Source: Octopus vulgaris
Lineage: Eukaryota
Direction of reading: 5' to 3'
Assembly (NCBI GenBank): GCA_951406725.2
Contig: OX597828.1
Coordinates: 8,432,001 to 8,496,000, forward strand
DNA: 64,000 nt
In this document: one piece after another, positions 1-12,144 of the stretch
Numbering within the stretch: position 1 is the stretch's first letter
How the letters are laid out: the number at the start of each line of letters is the position of its first letter
The notes under the pieces: model-generated
Seen by the model: only the letters and a program-made list of their open reading frames with translations
The model's database searches: none
Told to the model about the DNA's origin: nothing
Position numbers and translations under genes: made by a program

Positions 1-439
1 AATGTGCAAAACTTTATTCATAAAATATCTATAAAAGCTTTAGATACACTATCACTATACAGTTTTCAACTGAAACCTAGTGCATGATAGATTCCTTTGT
101 TAAAGATATTTAGCTTTTAAGATTACTTCTAATCTAATCATGTTTCCTTTTATTTATTTATTTTTCACTTCAGTACTGGATGTTTTGTTCATTCTGTAAA
201 ATAGAGAGAAAAAAAGAAAAAAATCCCCCAGAACTCATGAGATTTCATTTTACGAAACAGAGAAAGTAAATACGTTGCTTACTGCAGCAGACACATATGT
301 TTTAGTGTCTGAAAGTTCTGATATGTATACATTCCAGATGGAAATCTCGTACGCACACACACGCACACACACATCTTTGCCAGGTGTGTTTGTGAACACA
401 CATATATATACTTTTATTCATTTATTTGTTTTATTCTTT

Positions 440-610
440 TATTTGATTGCGGCCATGCTAGAGTACCGCCTTTCGTCGAAAAAATAGACCTCAGGACTTA
501 CTCTTTGTAAGCTTAGTTTTTACTTTATTGTACGGTTTTGCCGAACCGCTAAATTACGGGTACGTAAACACACCAACATCGGTTGTCAAGCGCTGGTGTG
601 GAGACAAACA
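440..610 (-). mobile_element. SINE family A, 3' half (partial copy)
   Basis: Matches the 15405-15590 part of the full copy (GCGGCCATGCT..GACTTACTCTTTGTAAGC..GCCGAACCGCTAA..CATCGGTTGTCAAGC); ends at the internal (CA)n. Confidence 0.85.
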
Positions 611-746
611 AACACACACACACACACACACAAACACACAGACACACAAACACACACACACATATATATATATACCATGGTCTCCTTATAGTACATCATT
701 AGCATCGTCATCATCATCATCAACCACAGTGACTATATTATAGCTC

Positions 747-796
<50 letters not shown>

Positions 797-889
797 ATGA
801 ATATATATATTTATATATATGAATATATATATATTTATGTATATGCATATATACATATATATATACATACCTACATATGTATGTATATA

Positions 890-1270
890 TACATGCATTT
901 ATGGGTACAGGCCATACAAACCGTTGAACACAACGAGAAACGAAAACATAAAACCCAAAAACATAGAAGCGAACTTTTTCGAACAACGAAAGAAACAAAC
1001 AGAGAAACAGGACATACAACATAAAGAATATTCCCCTTCTTCAGTTGTCCTGTTTCATCAAAACCACTTTCGAAAGCAAGGACAATACGCAACTTCGTTG
1101 AAACAATCCTTCCCGCAAACCAAATTAAATAAATTTGGGGATCTTTTGCGGAGGAGGAAAGTGATAACAAGAACAGGACAGTGAGAACAAAACAGTAAGA
1201 ACAAACGCTGAGGGTTGTTAAGTCAAGACGATAAAAACATTATTATGAACGGTAGGAAGACGAGCTTATA
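890..1270. mobile_element. Unclassified interspersed repeat between (TA)n tracts, possibly a Penelope pLTR-derived fragment
   Basis: Complex sequence bounded by (TA)n; an 11 bp inverted repeat (1004-1014/1046-1056) encloses a minus-strand CTGAAGA. Confidence 0.35.
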
Positions 1271-1378
1271 TATATATATATAATTTCAGCAAAAATTTAG
1301 ATTCAAATGAATATGGTACTTAATTTAGATGCACCAGAATTTTGTATGGTGTTATCCATAAAAATCCCTGGGGGTGAT

Positions 1379-1466
1379 TATAATCAAAATAAGCAACAGG
1401 AATTACTCCGGTGATGGTGATGATGATGATGATGATGAGTCATTCTTGTTGCTTATTTTGATTATA
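1379..1466. repeat. 30 bp inverted repeat (hairpin) with a (GAT)n loop
   Basis: TATAATCAAAATAAGCAACAGGAATTACTC at 1379-1408 matches the reverse complement of 1437-1466 at 28/30 positions. Confidence 0.9.
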
Positions 1467-1544
1467 TATATATATATATATATATAATGATGATTACAAT
1501 GATGATGAGGCAGATGTTTATAGTAATAAAAATTATGATTTCAA

Positions 1545-1750
1545 ATGTTGGTGCAACGCCAGCAATTTTAGGAGATATGCTGAGTCGATTATATCGGCGC
1601 TTCCGCTCTTCTTATACTTATTTTATCAACCAAAAAGTGGAGAAATACAAAATCGAACCTGACGGATTTTCGACTCAGAGCAGGAGAGCAGGAAGAAATA
1701 CCGGTAAGCATTTTGTCCGACACGGTAATGTTTCTGCCAGCTTGCCGTCT
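1545..1750 (-). mobile_element. SINE family B (tRNA-derived), diverged copy
   Basis: Reverse complement resembles the GGCGGCGAGCTGGCAGAAA..GAGTTCAAATTCCGCCGAGG..GATAAAATAAGTA pattern of the copy at 57823. Confidence 0.7.
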
Positions 1751-1769
1751 TGATATTAATGACGCTAAT

Positions 1770-1985
1770 CAAGGCAGCTTGCTGGCAGAATGGTTAGCAC
1801 GCCGAGCCACATGCTCAGCGCCATTTCCTCCGTCTTCAAGTTCTGAGTTCAAATTCTGCCGAGGTCTACATTGCTTTCATTTCGTCGGGGTCGATAAAAT
1901 GAGTACCAGTTGAGTAATGACGTCGATCTAATCGACTTATCCCTCTCTTCAATTGCTGACCCTCTGATAAAACTTGAAACCAATA
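1770..1985 (+). mobile_element. SINE family B
   Basis: A-box-like TGGCAGAATGG, B-box-like GAGTTCAAATTC, central GGGGTCGATAAAATGAGTACCAG, (AAT)n tail. Confidence 0.85.
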
Positions 1986-1999
1986 ATAATAACAATAAT

Positions 2000-2200
2000 C
2001 CTTTCTAATACGGATATATGGTCTCAAATTTTGTGTGAGGGGACTAGTCGACTACATCGAGCCTAGTGTTCGACTGGAACTTAATTTATCGATCATGAAA
2101 GGATGAATGGCAAAGTCGACCTCAGTGGAATTTGAACTGATGGCGTAGTGACGGGTGAAATACCGTTAAGCCTTTCGCCCCTCGTGTTAACGATTCTCCG
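2000..2200 (-). mobile_element. SINE family B
   Basis: AGTCGACTACATCGA..AATTTATCGA..GGATGAATGGCAAAGTCGACCTC..GGAATTTGAACT is the reverse complement of the family B core. Confidence 0.85.
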
Positions 2201-2749
2201 TCTTTTAATTCAACAATGTGTCTATGTATCTATGTATATATATATATGTCTTTTTCTTTCTATATACGCATCAGTCTACTCTGAAATTGCTGATGAACAT
2301 TAAAAAACAAAAACAAGGAACGCCACCTTCCTTTCAGCCACCACTCACTGTCTCTCATTCTCTTTCTTTTTCTTTCACTTCCTCTCTGTCTTCTTCTCAC
2401 CCGCTTCGCTACTCACTTCAAGTACACCTCCCTGCTTAACACCTTTTATCTCTCTTCTTTTGTACCTCTACCTTCAACCTTGTTTACTGTTGCCTTTGAA
2501 TGAAATGTGACACGCACCACAGGTACGTACGTACAAAAACAAAAAGTTAGCGTATTAATATTAGTGATAATAATAATAATAATAACGACGATGACGACGA
2601 TGATGATAATGACGTTGATAATGATGATTATGATCACTACTCTCGATTTCAACACAAGCGTCTTTGACGGAAATGATTAAAGAAGGATTAAAAAAGAAGT
2701 CAATATCAATTTGTGTTAGATGTATGAATGTAATTTGAAACCAGGTACG

Positions 2750-4050
2750 GATTTTGCTTTAAAATCTAAATGAGGCAATGATGGTTTTGATTTTGCTTCT
2801 GATTGGGAAAATGTGTCTGTTCGTCACAGGATAAAGTTCTTTGCTGCAACTCAAATAGTTTCGATGCCTCATGATACCATTTATACCATCCAGATCGATC
2901 TTGGCAATAACTTCCATCAGATGTTACGTTAGGGATTTTGGCTATCGTTTTAACTTCTGCTTATACCTTAGCAGCGATCATCTTTTACTGCAGAATCCCT
3001 AGACTTGTTGATCATACAAAAGAATTTTCGGAATGCGATTATATTACATTCGAACAACATGTCATGGCCATCTACATTGAACTTTCAACAACATACTTTC
3101 GCTACTAGAAATATCACGTTTATCTAAAATTTTGGCATGCGATATCTTCACTTACCATCTTGTGTTTCAGATATTACACAGGCGGTGAAAGGTTTCAAGT
3201 GTATTTATATGACTATAGTAGGGAGTCTATACTTCCGCTCCCTACAAGATTTGAATGCCTTCATTTTAGTTTTCATAGAACAAACGATGGGTGAGTCTTC
3301 CAAAAGCACTTCTAGCCTCGGAAATTATAATATTTCTTTACCAAGATTACTCTTAAATTTTACTATACTTCCAAGATATTCAAATGCTCATTTTAATGGC
3401 TTACTGCCAGTCATAACAATTATATCGTATGTTCTGTCTCCGGCTTTCACCAGAAAAATGTTTCAATTTCTCTATTGCTTATAATCAGAGCAAATGCATG
3501 ATAGGTTGCATAGGTTAGCCGCAAGAAGACTATCAACTATTTCGTATATTAGCAAACAGAACATTGCATGGAATCTCTTCCTTGCTCTTTTCCTATGTGC
3601 TGAACTTTTGTGCATTTCGGTGCAGAAATGAAATTTTGCACGTCCATAGTAATCCTTAAATGTTGGACCATGAACGTAAATAGTATGGCTAAAAGTAGAG
3701 GGCCTAAGACACAACCCCTTTTATTTTCCAGTGGAAACTGAAAACACCTGTGAACATTTACCATAATATCACCTTTCCCATTTATCAAGAAGACTAACTT
3801 GTGAAAATTTTTCCTGGGCACTTTACGATTCATTTGAAAGACAAAAAAATACCATATAAAAATCAATATTTTGCTAACGTGTCTTTTCTTTAATTTGCCA
3901 AGTGTCAAATTACATGTCAAATGTGCTTCTTCCAGACCGAAAACCACGTTGAGATTCAGGATATATGATTTTTATTACATGCTTATCCTTGCGTCTAGGA
4001 ATCAACCTCACAAAATATTATTCTCTACGCACAATAAACTTATATCATGA
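2750..4050 (-). pseudogene. RTE-clade LINE, RT domain and 3' part (degenerate)
   Basis: Minus-strand translation gives PESQRGFRSGRSTFDM..QIKEK, KRGCVLGP and RW..HVVRM..RIPKILLY, typical RTE ORF motifs, with stops and frameshifts. Confidence 0.85.
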
Positions 4051-4089
4051 TGTTAGATTTGACACTAAATCGACTTTACTTCGTAAGTT

Positions 4090-4530
4090 GTCATCAATTC
4101 TAAAAGTTGCTGATGAGCTTCTCATGGCCTTTCATATACCCAAAGGTAATTTCTCATTCATGCATATTATCAGCGCATATGCACCTACTTTGTCATCATC
4201 TGAACAAGAACATAACAGTTTCTACTGTAAATTGCAACAATTATCAGTAAAATTTCGTATCATGACAAAGACAATTAATAGAAGCTTTCAGTACCGGAAT
4301 ATGTAACAGATACACAGTGCTGTCAAAACCAGTAGGTAAACAGAGTACAAGAACGATGAACGCAAGTGGTTTACTATTGTTGACATTTTGTCAGCAATTT
4401 GGTTTAACAATTACAAACACAGAATTTTGGCTGGCAGATAAATATTACATCTAGAATTATCCTCGATTTGGTAATTAGCACATGCTGGACTATGTCATAA
4501 CTAAGAGCAAAGTTTGTGGTAATGTCAGAT
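4090..4530 (+). pseudogene. RTE LINE APE-endonuclease fragment
   Basis: IISAYAPTLSSSEQEHNSFY, MNASGLLLLTFC, HMLDYVI. Confidence 0.85.
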
Positions 4531-4719
4531 AAAGCAGAGCTTATTAAGCAAATCACACAAAACACCCGGGTGTTAGTTGGATTACAGAATGGCTCGCAGT
4601 AAGGGACTCAAGAAATAGAGGCCATTAAGATCCAATATTCCTCCTAGAATACAGGTTTTATTAAAAAATCCTTAAACGATACAACCAAATTCCTGTCTTG
4701 ATCATATAGAGAAAAGCTA

Positions 4720-5005
4720 TGATCCTGACGTTCTATGTTGTAATCTTGGTGACACCTGCAAATCAACTGCTGAAGATTTTCTGGGATTCCTCAGGCGCAA
4801 CATCCAAAAGACTATACATGAAGGCAACAAGTTATTGATCTCAGACAAATGCTCGCCATCACCCAGGTCGTTACACATTTCATCTAAAAACTTTTTCCGA
4901 AAACATTGCGTGAGATGAAAATGTTTTGGTGGCCTAAAAGAAAACAAAAATCATGAAACTACCAGAATTGAAATCGGTTGCTAACTCCAACACTTTGAGT
5001 TGGTG
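4720..5005 (-). pseudogene. RTE LINE post-endonuclease fragment (inverted relative to flanks)
   Basis: Minus strand reads KCWS*QPISILV..FSFRPPK, resembling the RTE CWTDHRL..RPP segment. Confidence 0.5.
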
Positions 5006-5009
5006 CAAA

Positions 5010-5350
5010 GCAGGGCGGTATGGAACCTATTCCTTCTAATAACGGGTCAAAACTCTTCAACGACAAAGATGAAGTACTGAAAATATGAGTTGAGCACTTT
5101 AAATCCCTGTTAAATCAAGAATAAGCTATCAATCTTGAAATATTCAATGAAATCCATCAGATGCCTAATACGAGGTACATGCAGAAGAACTTCCCTTGGA
5201 AAAGATAAGGCCATCTATCAAAAATCTCTGCAACGGTAACACTCCTAGACAAGATGCTATTTCCATACAAGTGTACAAGCATGGTGTTAGCTTCTAAAAA
5301 TGCTACGCAAATTGTTCAAATACGCATTTATAATATGCTTGTACAGTAAC
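5010..5350 (+). pseudogene. RTE LINE pre-RT fragment
   Basis: DKDEVLKI*VEHFKSLLN and GNTPRQDAIS..VYKHG resemble RW.EHF..LLN and GKAPG.D.IP.E.YK.GG. Confidence 0.75.
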
Positions 5351-5384
5351 AAAGGGAAGAATCACAGTTGATGTGGTAATCACA

Positions 5385-5430
5385 GTTGATGATGATGATG
5401 ATGATAATGATGATGATGATGATGATGATG
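5385..5430. repeat. (GAT)n microsatellite
   Basis: Read directly. Confidence 0.95.
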
Positions 5431-5699
5431 GACTCTGACTTTGATGACGAATTATGCCGACACAATCCGCACAAACGATTTTTAAAATAGTGATCAAATA
5501 TATGTGCTGTCTATTAACTCACGCCCTCCATCAAACTGACGTTGCCTAAACAGGCGTCGAAGGGATTGTTGGTCGCAACGCATCCCTCGGTCTATGAATT
5601 GAAACCACTGGTACTTAATCTGCTGATACTTAATTCATGGACCCCGTAAGGATGAAAGGATGTAAAGTTGACCTCGGAAAAAAAGAGAAATAATAATAA

Positions 5700-5923
5700 A
5701 GAAGAAGAAGAAGAAGAAGAAGAAGAAGAAGAAGAAGAAGAAGAAGAAGAAGAAGAAGAAGAAAAAGAAAAAGAAGAAAAAATAAGAGGAAGAAAAAAAG
5801 AAGCAGAAGAAGAAGAAGAAGAAGAAGAAGAAAGAAGAAGAAAAAAGAAGAATTAGAAGAAGAAGAAGAAGAAGAAGAAGAGGAAGAGGAAGAAGAAGAA
5901 GGGGAAGAAGAAGAAGAAGAATT

Positions 5924-5971
<48 letters not shown>

Positions 5972-6421
5972 AGAAGAAGAGGAAGAGGAAGAGGAAGAAG
6001 AGGAAGTGGGAGAAGAAGAAGAAGAAGAAGTAGAAGAAGAAGAAGGAGAAGAAAAAGAAGAAAAAAGAAGAAAAAGAAGAAGAAGAAGAAGAAGAAGGAG
6101 AAGAAAAAGAAAAATAAGAAAAAATAAGAGGAAGACAAAAAGAAGCAGAAGAAGAAAATAAAAAGAAGAATTAGAAGAAGAAGAAGAAGAAGAAGAAGAA
6201 GAAGAAGAGGAAGAGGAAGAAGTGGAAGAAGAAGAAGAAGAGGAAGAGGAAGAGGAAGAGGAAGAGGAAGAAGAGGAAGAAGAAGAAGAAGAAGAGGAGG
6301 AAGTGGAAGAAGAAGAAGAAGAAGCAGAAGAAGAAGAAGGAGAAGAAAAAGAAGAAAAAAGAAGAAAAAGAAGAAGAAGAAGAAGAAGAAGGAGAAGAAA
6401 AAGAAGAAAAAAGAAGAAAAA

Positions 6422-6453
<32 letters not shown>

Positions 6454-6520
6454 AGAAGAAGAAAAAAGAGGAAGAAGAGGAAGAAGAAGAAGAAGAAGAA
6501 AAAGAAGAAAAAAGAAGAAA

Positions 6521-6605
<85 letters not shown>

Positions 6606-6606
6606 A

Positions 6607-6638
<32 letters not shown>

Positions 6639-6656
6639 AGAAGAAAAAAAAGAAAA

Positions 6657-6702
<46 letters not shown>

Positions 6703-6764
6703 AGAAGAAGAAGAAGAAGAAGAAGAAGAAGAAGAAGAAGAAAAAGAAGAAAAAAGAAGAAAAA

Positions 6765-6799
<35 letters not shown>

Positions 6800-6943
6800 A
6801 GAAGAAGAAGAAGAAAAAAAAGAAAAAGAAGAAGAAGAAGAAGAAGAAGAAGAAGAAGAAGAAGAAGAAGAAGAAGAAGAAGAAGAAGAAGAAGAAGAAG
6901 AAGAAGAAGAAGAAGAAGAAGAAGAAGAAGAAGAAGAAGAAGA
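5700..6943. repeat. ~1.24 kb compound (GAA)n/(GAG) polypurine array
   Basis: Read directly; almost no pyrimidines on the + strand; recurring interruptions GAATTAGAAG, AAAATAAGAGG and GAAGTGG. Confidence 0.97.
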
Positions 6944-7280
6944 CTTGCACGATAATCGACAGAGCGTGTCCCGGTGACCACAGGATTAAAGAGAAAGATG
7001 AAGAAAAACTGAACAACTACGACGATTTGAAATGCGAAATTCGAAGGTTATGGCCGATGAGGTAAGTAGATGTGATACAAATAGTAACTGACGTACTTTG
7101 AAGTATCACACACAACTACCAAAATGGTTAAAAAGACTGGTGCAAATGTAAAGATAGCGTACCTAATAAAAAACAGCATTTCTTGGAACGGCAAGAACTT
7201 TTCGCCTTAGTCTGCTAGCTGTAGACAACTGACACGTTTCATCATGTAAGGTGAGAGTTTTCATCAAAATAATTATTATA
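6944..7280 (+). pseudogene. Dong/R4-type LINE 3' end (REL endonuclease)
   Basis: TCTIIDRACPGDHRIKEKDEEKLNNYDDLKCEIRRLW..VIQIV. Confidence 0.85.
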
Positions 7281-7377
7281 ATACTGACAAAAGAATCCAC
7301 ACTACTCTGCCAGACATTTCTTTTAAAATCGGGGAGGAAAATACCTGTAGATTAATACGTGTCAGTGTCTCCACTAA

Positions 7378-7680
7378 TAAAAAATGTTTGTATACGGGAA
7401 TTTGACAACCTTTGTAAATATTGGAAGCTGGAAATTCAGATAGAAAGGATGTAGCATCTTAAGGCAAAGACAGTTCTTGTTATTGTAGGTACCCCAGGCA
7501 TGATAAAAAATGCGATGTCTGAAACATCTAGACAACATCCGATGGGATCTATATCTCAAAGAAATTCAAAAGATTGTGCTGACAAGTACTGCATACATCC
7601 TTAGAAAAAGCTATCAATATAAATACCTGCGTTGTATTATAGGGAGCTGTGTGCCCCGGGAGGAGATTGCATCAAACATG
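7378..7680 (+). pseudogene. Dong/R4-type LINE 3' end
   Basis: KYWKLEIQIERM*HLKAKTVLVIVGTPGMIK..IQKIVLTSTAYILRK, followed by ACC/AAC/AAT repeats. Confidence 0.8.
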
Positions 7681-7729
7681 ATTATTTAAATAACACCACC
7701 ACTAAAAACAACAACAATAATAATAATCT

Positions 7730-8310
7730 CAAGTGTTCTATTGCCGGCGAAGTCTGAATAAACTGAAGATAATACGAAGTCGAAAATATACGACAAAGAA
7801 ACAGATTCAAAGAATTCCTACAAGAGTTGGAAATACTAACTAGGTTAATGTGAAGGAAAATCCATTTAAATATCTTGCTGTCTATTACACCGTTTCTATT
7901 TCCATATTTACCAAGAGGGAGATAATTAGTCACACTTCGATCCCACAAGAAAGCGGTGCATTGAAGCTCTACATACACGAATCTCAGCTGAATTTGTCAG
8001 CAGCTGTTCGATACAGGACCACAGGTCAATAGTCCACAGGCACAGAACGATATCAGGCATATCAGTTTCCTAGAACAGTACTCATCTCGTATAGGGTTGG
8101 TTATTATAATTTTTCTTTCTATAGAGCTCGCTTTGTCCATGTAATGATCACACGTTTAGCATTACTATGTCAAGGTGTTCTGCGTGACAGTGCTACAGAA
8201 TATTGTCGTTCATATACTCCGCCAACGCTGAGTTTCCCCAGCATGTTGAGTGCAATGACTGATTGGCAACATTCAAGATGCGAGACACTCAACGTCGTTC
8301 TAAATTTAAC
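7730..8310 (-). pseudogene. Degenerate REL-type (R2/NeSL/Hero-like) LINE 3' fragment
   Basis: Minus strand shows TLS..HL.CC, DNIL, (R)PDIVL and VEL, the order expected for the end of a zinc knuckle plus REL domain. Confidence 0.45.
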
Positions 8311-8819
8311 CTAAGATTAAAACAACCAAAGATACAAACAGCAAATAAGTGTGTCATATGAAAGACACCCAAATTAGTTACTTTTAATTTTTTTGATCTT
8401 GAAATTTGCTGTTATCCAATTATTTCAGTAGGCGTGTCAGTCTTTACGCGTTCCTACATTCAGAGACCACCACGGGGCTGGTAAGTGTAGCCATCAGATT
8501 CTCTGACTAGTAGAAACAGACCATTCCTTAAGAAGTAGAAAAGCATGAGACTAAGTATCTTTTCTTGGAATATGGTACTCTAACGAGATATAGGCACCAT
8601 TATCTTGCACTCAATATTTCAGGGTCAACATCAGTATTGGGAGGAGGAAGCTAGTCAATTACATAGACTCTAGTATTTGACAAATACTATATTTCATCCA
8701 CCACAGCGGGATGAATGACAACGTTAATCCGGATTCAACTAAGGCCTGAAATTGTGAGGGAGGGGAAAGTTCTATTACATCGATCCCAGTGCGTAACGGA
8801 TACTTAAAACATTGATGTA

Positions 8820-9960
8820 TGGACGTGAAAACTTGTCTCAAAGCATCGAACAAGAAAGCATCATACTCAGTAACAGAACAGGCAAAGGTATATATAAGGG
8901 AATTCCAAATACAAAAAAAAAAAATTCCAGAATTACACGTTCAAGATACAAGCACAGGAAAAGTAAAGCGTGTGAAAACCTGTACTAAAATTGCTGCCCT
9001 ATATATTCTTACTGATAAATGGCAAGAAAACCCGCTTAATGGCAAATATCCAAAGTAATCGAAAATTGCCGATGCTGACAAAGCCCTTACCCATCAATGG
9101 TTAATGTCCTCTGGCTTAAAATCAGAAGCAGAAAGGTTTATCGTAGCAACCCAAGATCAATGTCTAACTACAAGGAACTACCAGGCAGTAGTCCAACATG
9201 TCGTGTATGTCAACAACAAAATGAAACCATTAATTATGTTGTTTCCATGTGCAGTCTTCTTGTACCTACTAATTATTCAACAGGCATGATAGAGCAGCAC
9301 AATATATTCACTGTGTAATTAGCTAAAACATGGACCTGCCCCATGATAAAAACTAGTGGGAACACAAATCACCGCCAGTGCTTGAAAATGATCACAACTC
9401 ACACCTCTGAATCTTCATCATTTAAACTGACAGAAAGATAGATACGAATTGGATAGATATTATATTGAAAACTTCAGATAAAAATCATGCCTCTTCACTG
9501 ATATGACTATCCCAATCGACAAAAATGTATCTGTCAAGAACTACGAAAAACTGAGCAAGTATAGAGACCTTGAAATATAAATTGGCAAAATGTGGAACCT
9601 CAAGACTAAAACAATACCTGTTGACATGGGTGCGTTGGAATTATGGTAAACGGGGCTGACACCTACCAAGAACAGTTACCAGGAAACCCCAAAATGACAG
9701 AAATTCAAAAGCTAGTTCATATAGGAACCAGTCATATCCTACATAAAATACTGTCTATGTAATTTCAAAATTTGAAACAAACTCATAATTTTCTTGTTTT
9801 CTTAAACATTCTCTAGAACAATACTATGCGCAAAACTTATTATATGACACCCTAGGTATAACACCAACATGAACTTCTAACTTGTTTCTTTAGGTCTCAA
9901 CGTGAGACTTGGAGTCAATTTGTACAAATACAAAGCAAAAATCAAACATATCATAATATT
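8820..9960 (+). pseudogene. Dong/R4-type LINE 3' portion (zinc knuckle + REL endonuclease + 3' UTR)
   Basis: KWQENPLNGKY, WLMSSGLKSEAERFIVATQDQCLTTRNY, CRVC..ETINYVVSMC, DMTIPIDKNVSVKNYEKLSKYRDL; ends in (ACC)(AAC)(AAT)n. Confidence 0.9.
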
Positions 9961-9979
9961 AACCAATAACACCACCACC

Positions 9980-10011
<32 letters not shown>

Positions 10012-11114
10012 CAACAATAATAATAATAATAATATCTCCCATGTTAGAAAGAAAATATTAAAATTTTCTTCGACATGCTTGAGATTAATTCATTTATCTG
10101 CAGATGCAAAATTACCATTGAAGTATTGAGGGATGAGAAATGTTATTCTAATGATTCTAGCAAGAAACTTACGGAATAACTAAATAGCTACAAACAGGAA
10201 TTAAACATATGTTCTGTTCTTCATAAAACAGGATTTTAACAAATAATATGCATATCATTCACTATAGAGACAGAATCATCGGAAAAAAATTCCCCAAAAC
10301 ATTTTCGTCTCTTGTTAAATATATGAGGGGCAACAGAACAGAAATTCGCCATGAATATGTAAATGTAATATACTCTTTAACCAGCTACCAAACGCTGTAT
10401 TTAGTACGACGTACAAATTAGAGAACTGTGATATGCATGGCATTTGCGAATAAGATTTCTTGAGAAAGCAAATTTGGAATTGAAATCGTGTCACGATTTC
10501 TATTCTTCGTATGTTATCAGAAAATATTCAACAGCCACACATCTGAAGACGAGAGGACAGAAAACCCATACAAAGTAATTTAATTTGGAACTGCCTTGAA
10601 CATGGACTGGCGTACAACGAAGACAATAATTTATAGAAAGTTGCTTCTAGTTCGATTTATGTAAATCCTCTTTCCATAATGGCTGTATGTTGAAAACTCT
10701 CGAGATTATTATTTTCTTGTGTGCTTGCTTAAATATATTATCAATTTGACAGATATAGTAATGAGTATATATGTACATTTCTATTAATCTATATATGAAT
10801 ACATACACACATACACCCACCCACACATAGTGATATCTGCACATACATACATATATACATACATACGCGCACACTTATATATATCGAGATTAAGTGATTT
10901 TGTATATTTATATACGCATATATGCGTGGGTACGTATGCGTGTGTGCATCTATCTTTCCTTGCATATGCATATAAGAGCAGAATGCAACTTGGCAAATAT
11001 TTATCCGTGTATAAATACATGTATACATATACACACACAGACCTAAAGTAAATATATTTATAAAAACATTAAATACACATATGAAATGCCTACACAGATA
11101 CAGGCTTTCATATA

Positions 11115-11115
11115 C

Positions 11116-11162
<47 letters not shown>

Positions 11163-11201
11163 GCGTATAATCATATGTGTATTTTATTATGCATATATAT
11201 T

Positions 11202-11254
<53 letters not shown>

Positions 11255-11308
11255 TATATATATATATAATAATATATATATATATATATATAATACGTAT
11301 ATATATAT

Positions 11309-11375
<67 letters not shown>

Positions 11376-11400
11376 ACCATATATACATATATATATTGTT
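11115..11400. repeat. (TA)n-rich microsatellite
   Basis: Read directly. Confidence 0.95.
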
Positions 11401-11642
11401 TATATTTTGCAGCTTTAGAATATCATATATATTGATTTAGATTCTGAAAAACCCAAATGCAGAATTAACGGCAGTTGCAAAACATGGATTTCGAAACGAA
11501 CGCATAAATCAATGCTTTAAACAATAACATTTAATTAAATTTAATCTTTTTGAAAGTTACGAAATATATGGATTAAACAAAAGGAAAAGTGAACACACAG
11601 TCATACTACATGTGTGTTTGAGTATGTGTGCGTGCATGTGTT

Positions 11643-11679
<37 letters not shown>

Positions 11680-12070
11680 GCGAAGAAAAAGGGAAATCGA
11701 GAGAGATGAACGTATACACGCATGCAAGAAAACACCCATATACATATGCGACAGCCTGTGTGTGCATTCATGTGTCTACGTTTACATATTCGTTGTGTTG
11801 TATTTCCAACTATCTGCTATTATTGACACAAAGAAGCATAAACTATTGTTAGCTTGTGATGTAGTGTACATCCGTGACTATAATAACGTAATGTTTTCCA
11901 ATTTTGTTGCATACTTGTACGTAACACTGTGTATCACTGAAGGCTGGACAAAATTTCGCTCCCGATCTCTCACTAACTAGCTTTTCTTTCCATTTTTATA
12001 CTTCCATTTATACATAAGTATATATGTACGCATATATGTATATATGTACGTATATATATATATATATAAA

Positions 12071-12118
<48 letters not shown>

Positions 12119-12144
12119 CATACATACATATATATATATACATA

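Noticed and set aside
4530-4720. Possible Penelope RT sliver (LNDTTKFL) inside the RTE relic
   Set aside because: Only one weak motif; cannot be assigned without a search.
5635-7016. Long ORFs of 251-448 aa (poly-L/F/S/E/K/R)
   Set aside because: Translations of the (GAA)n array; stop codons are absent only because of base composition.
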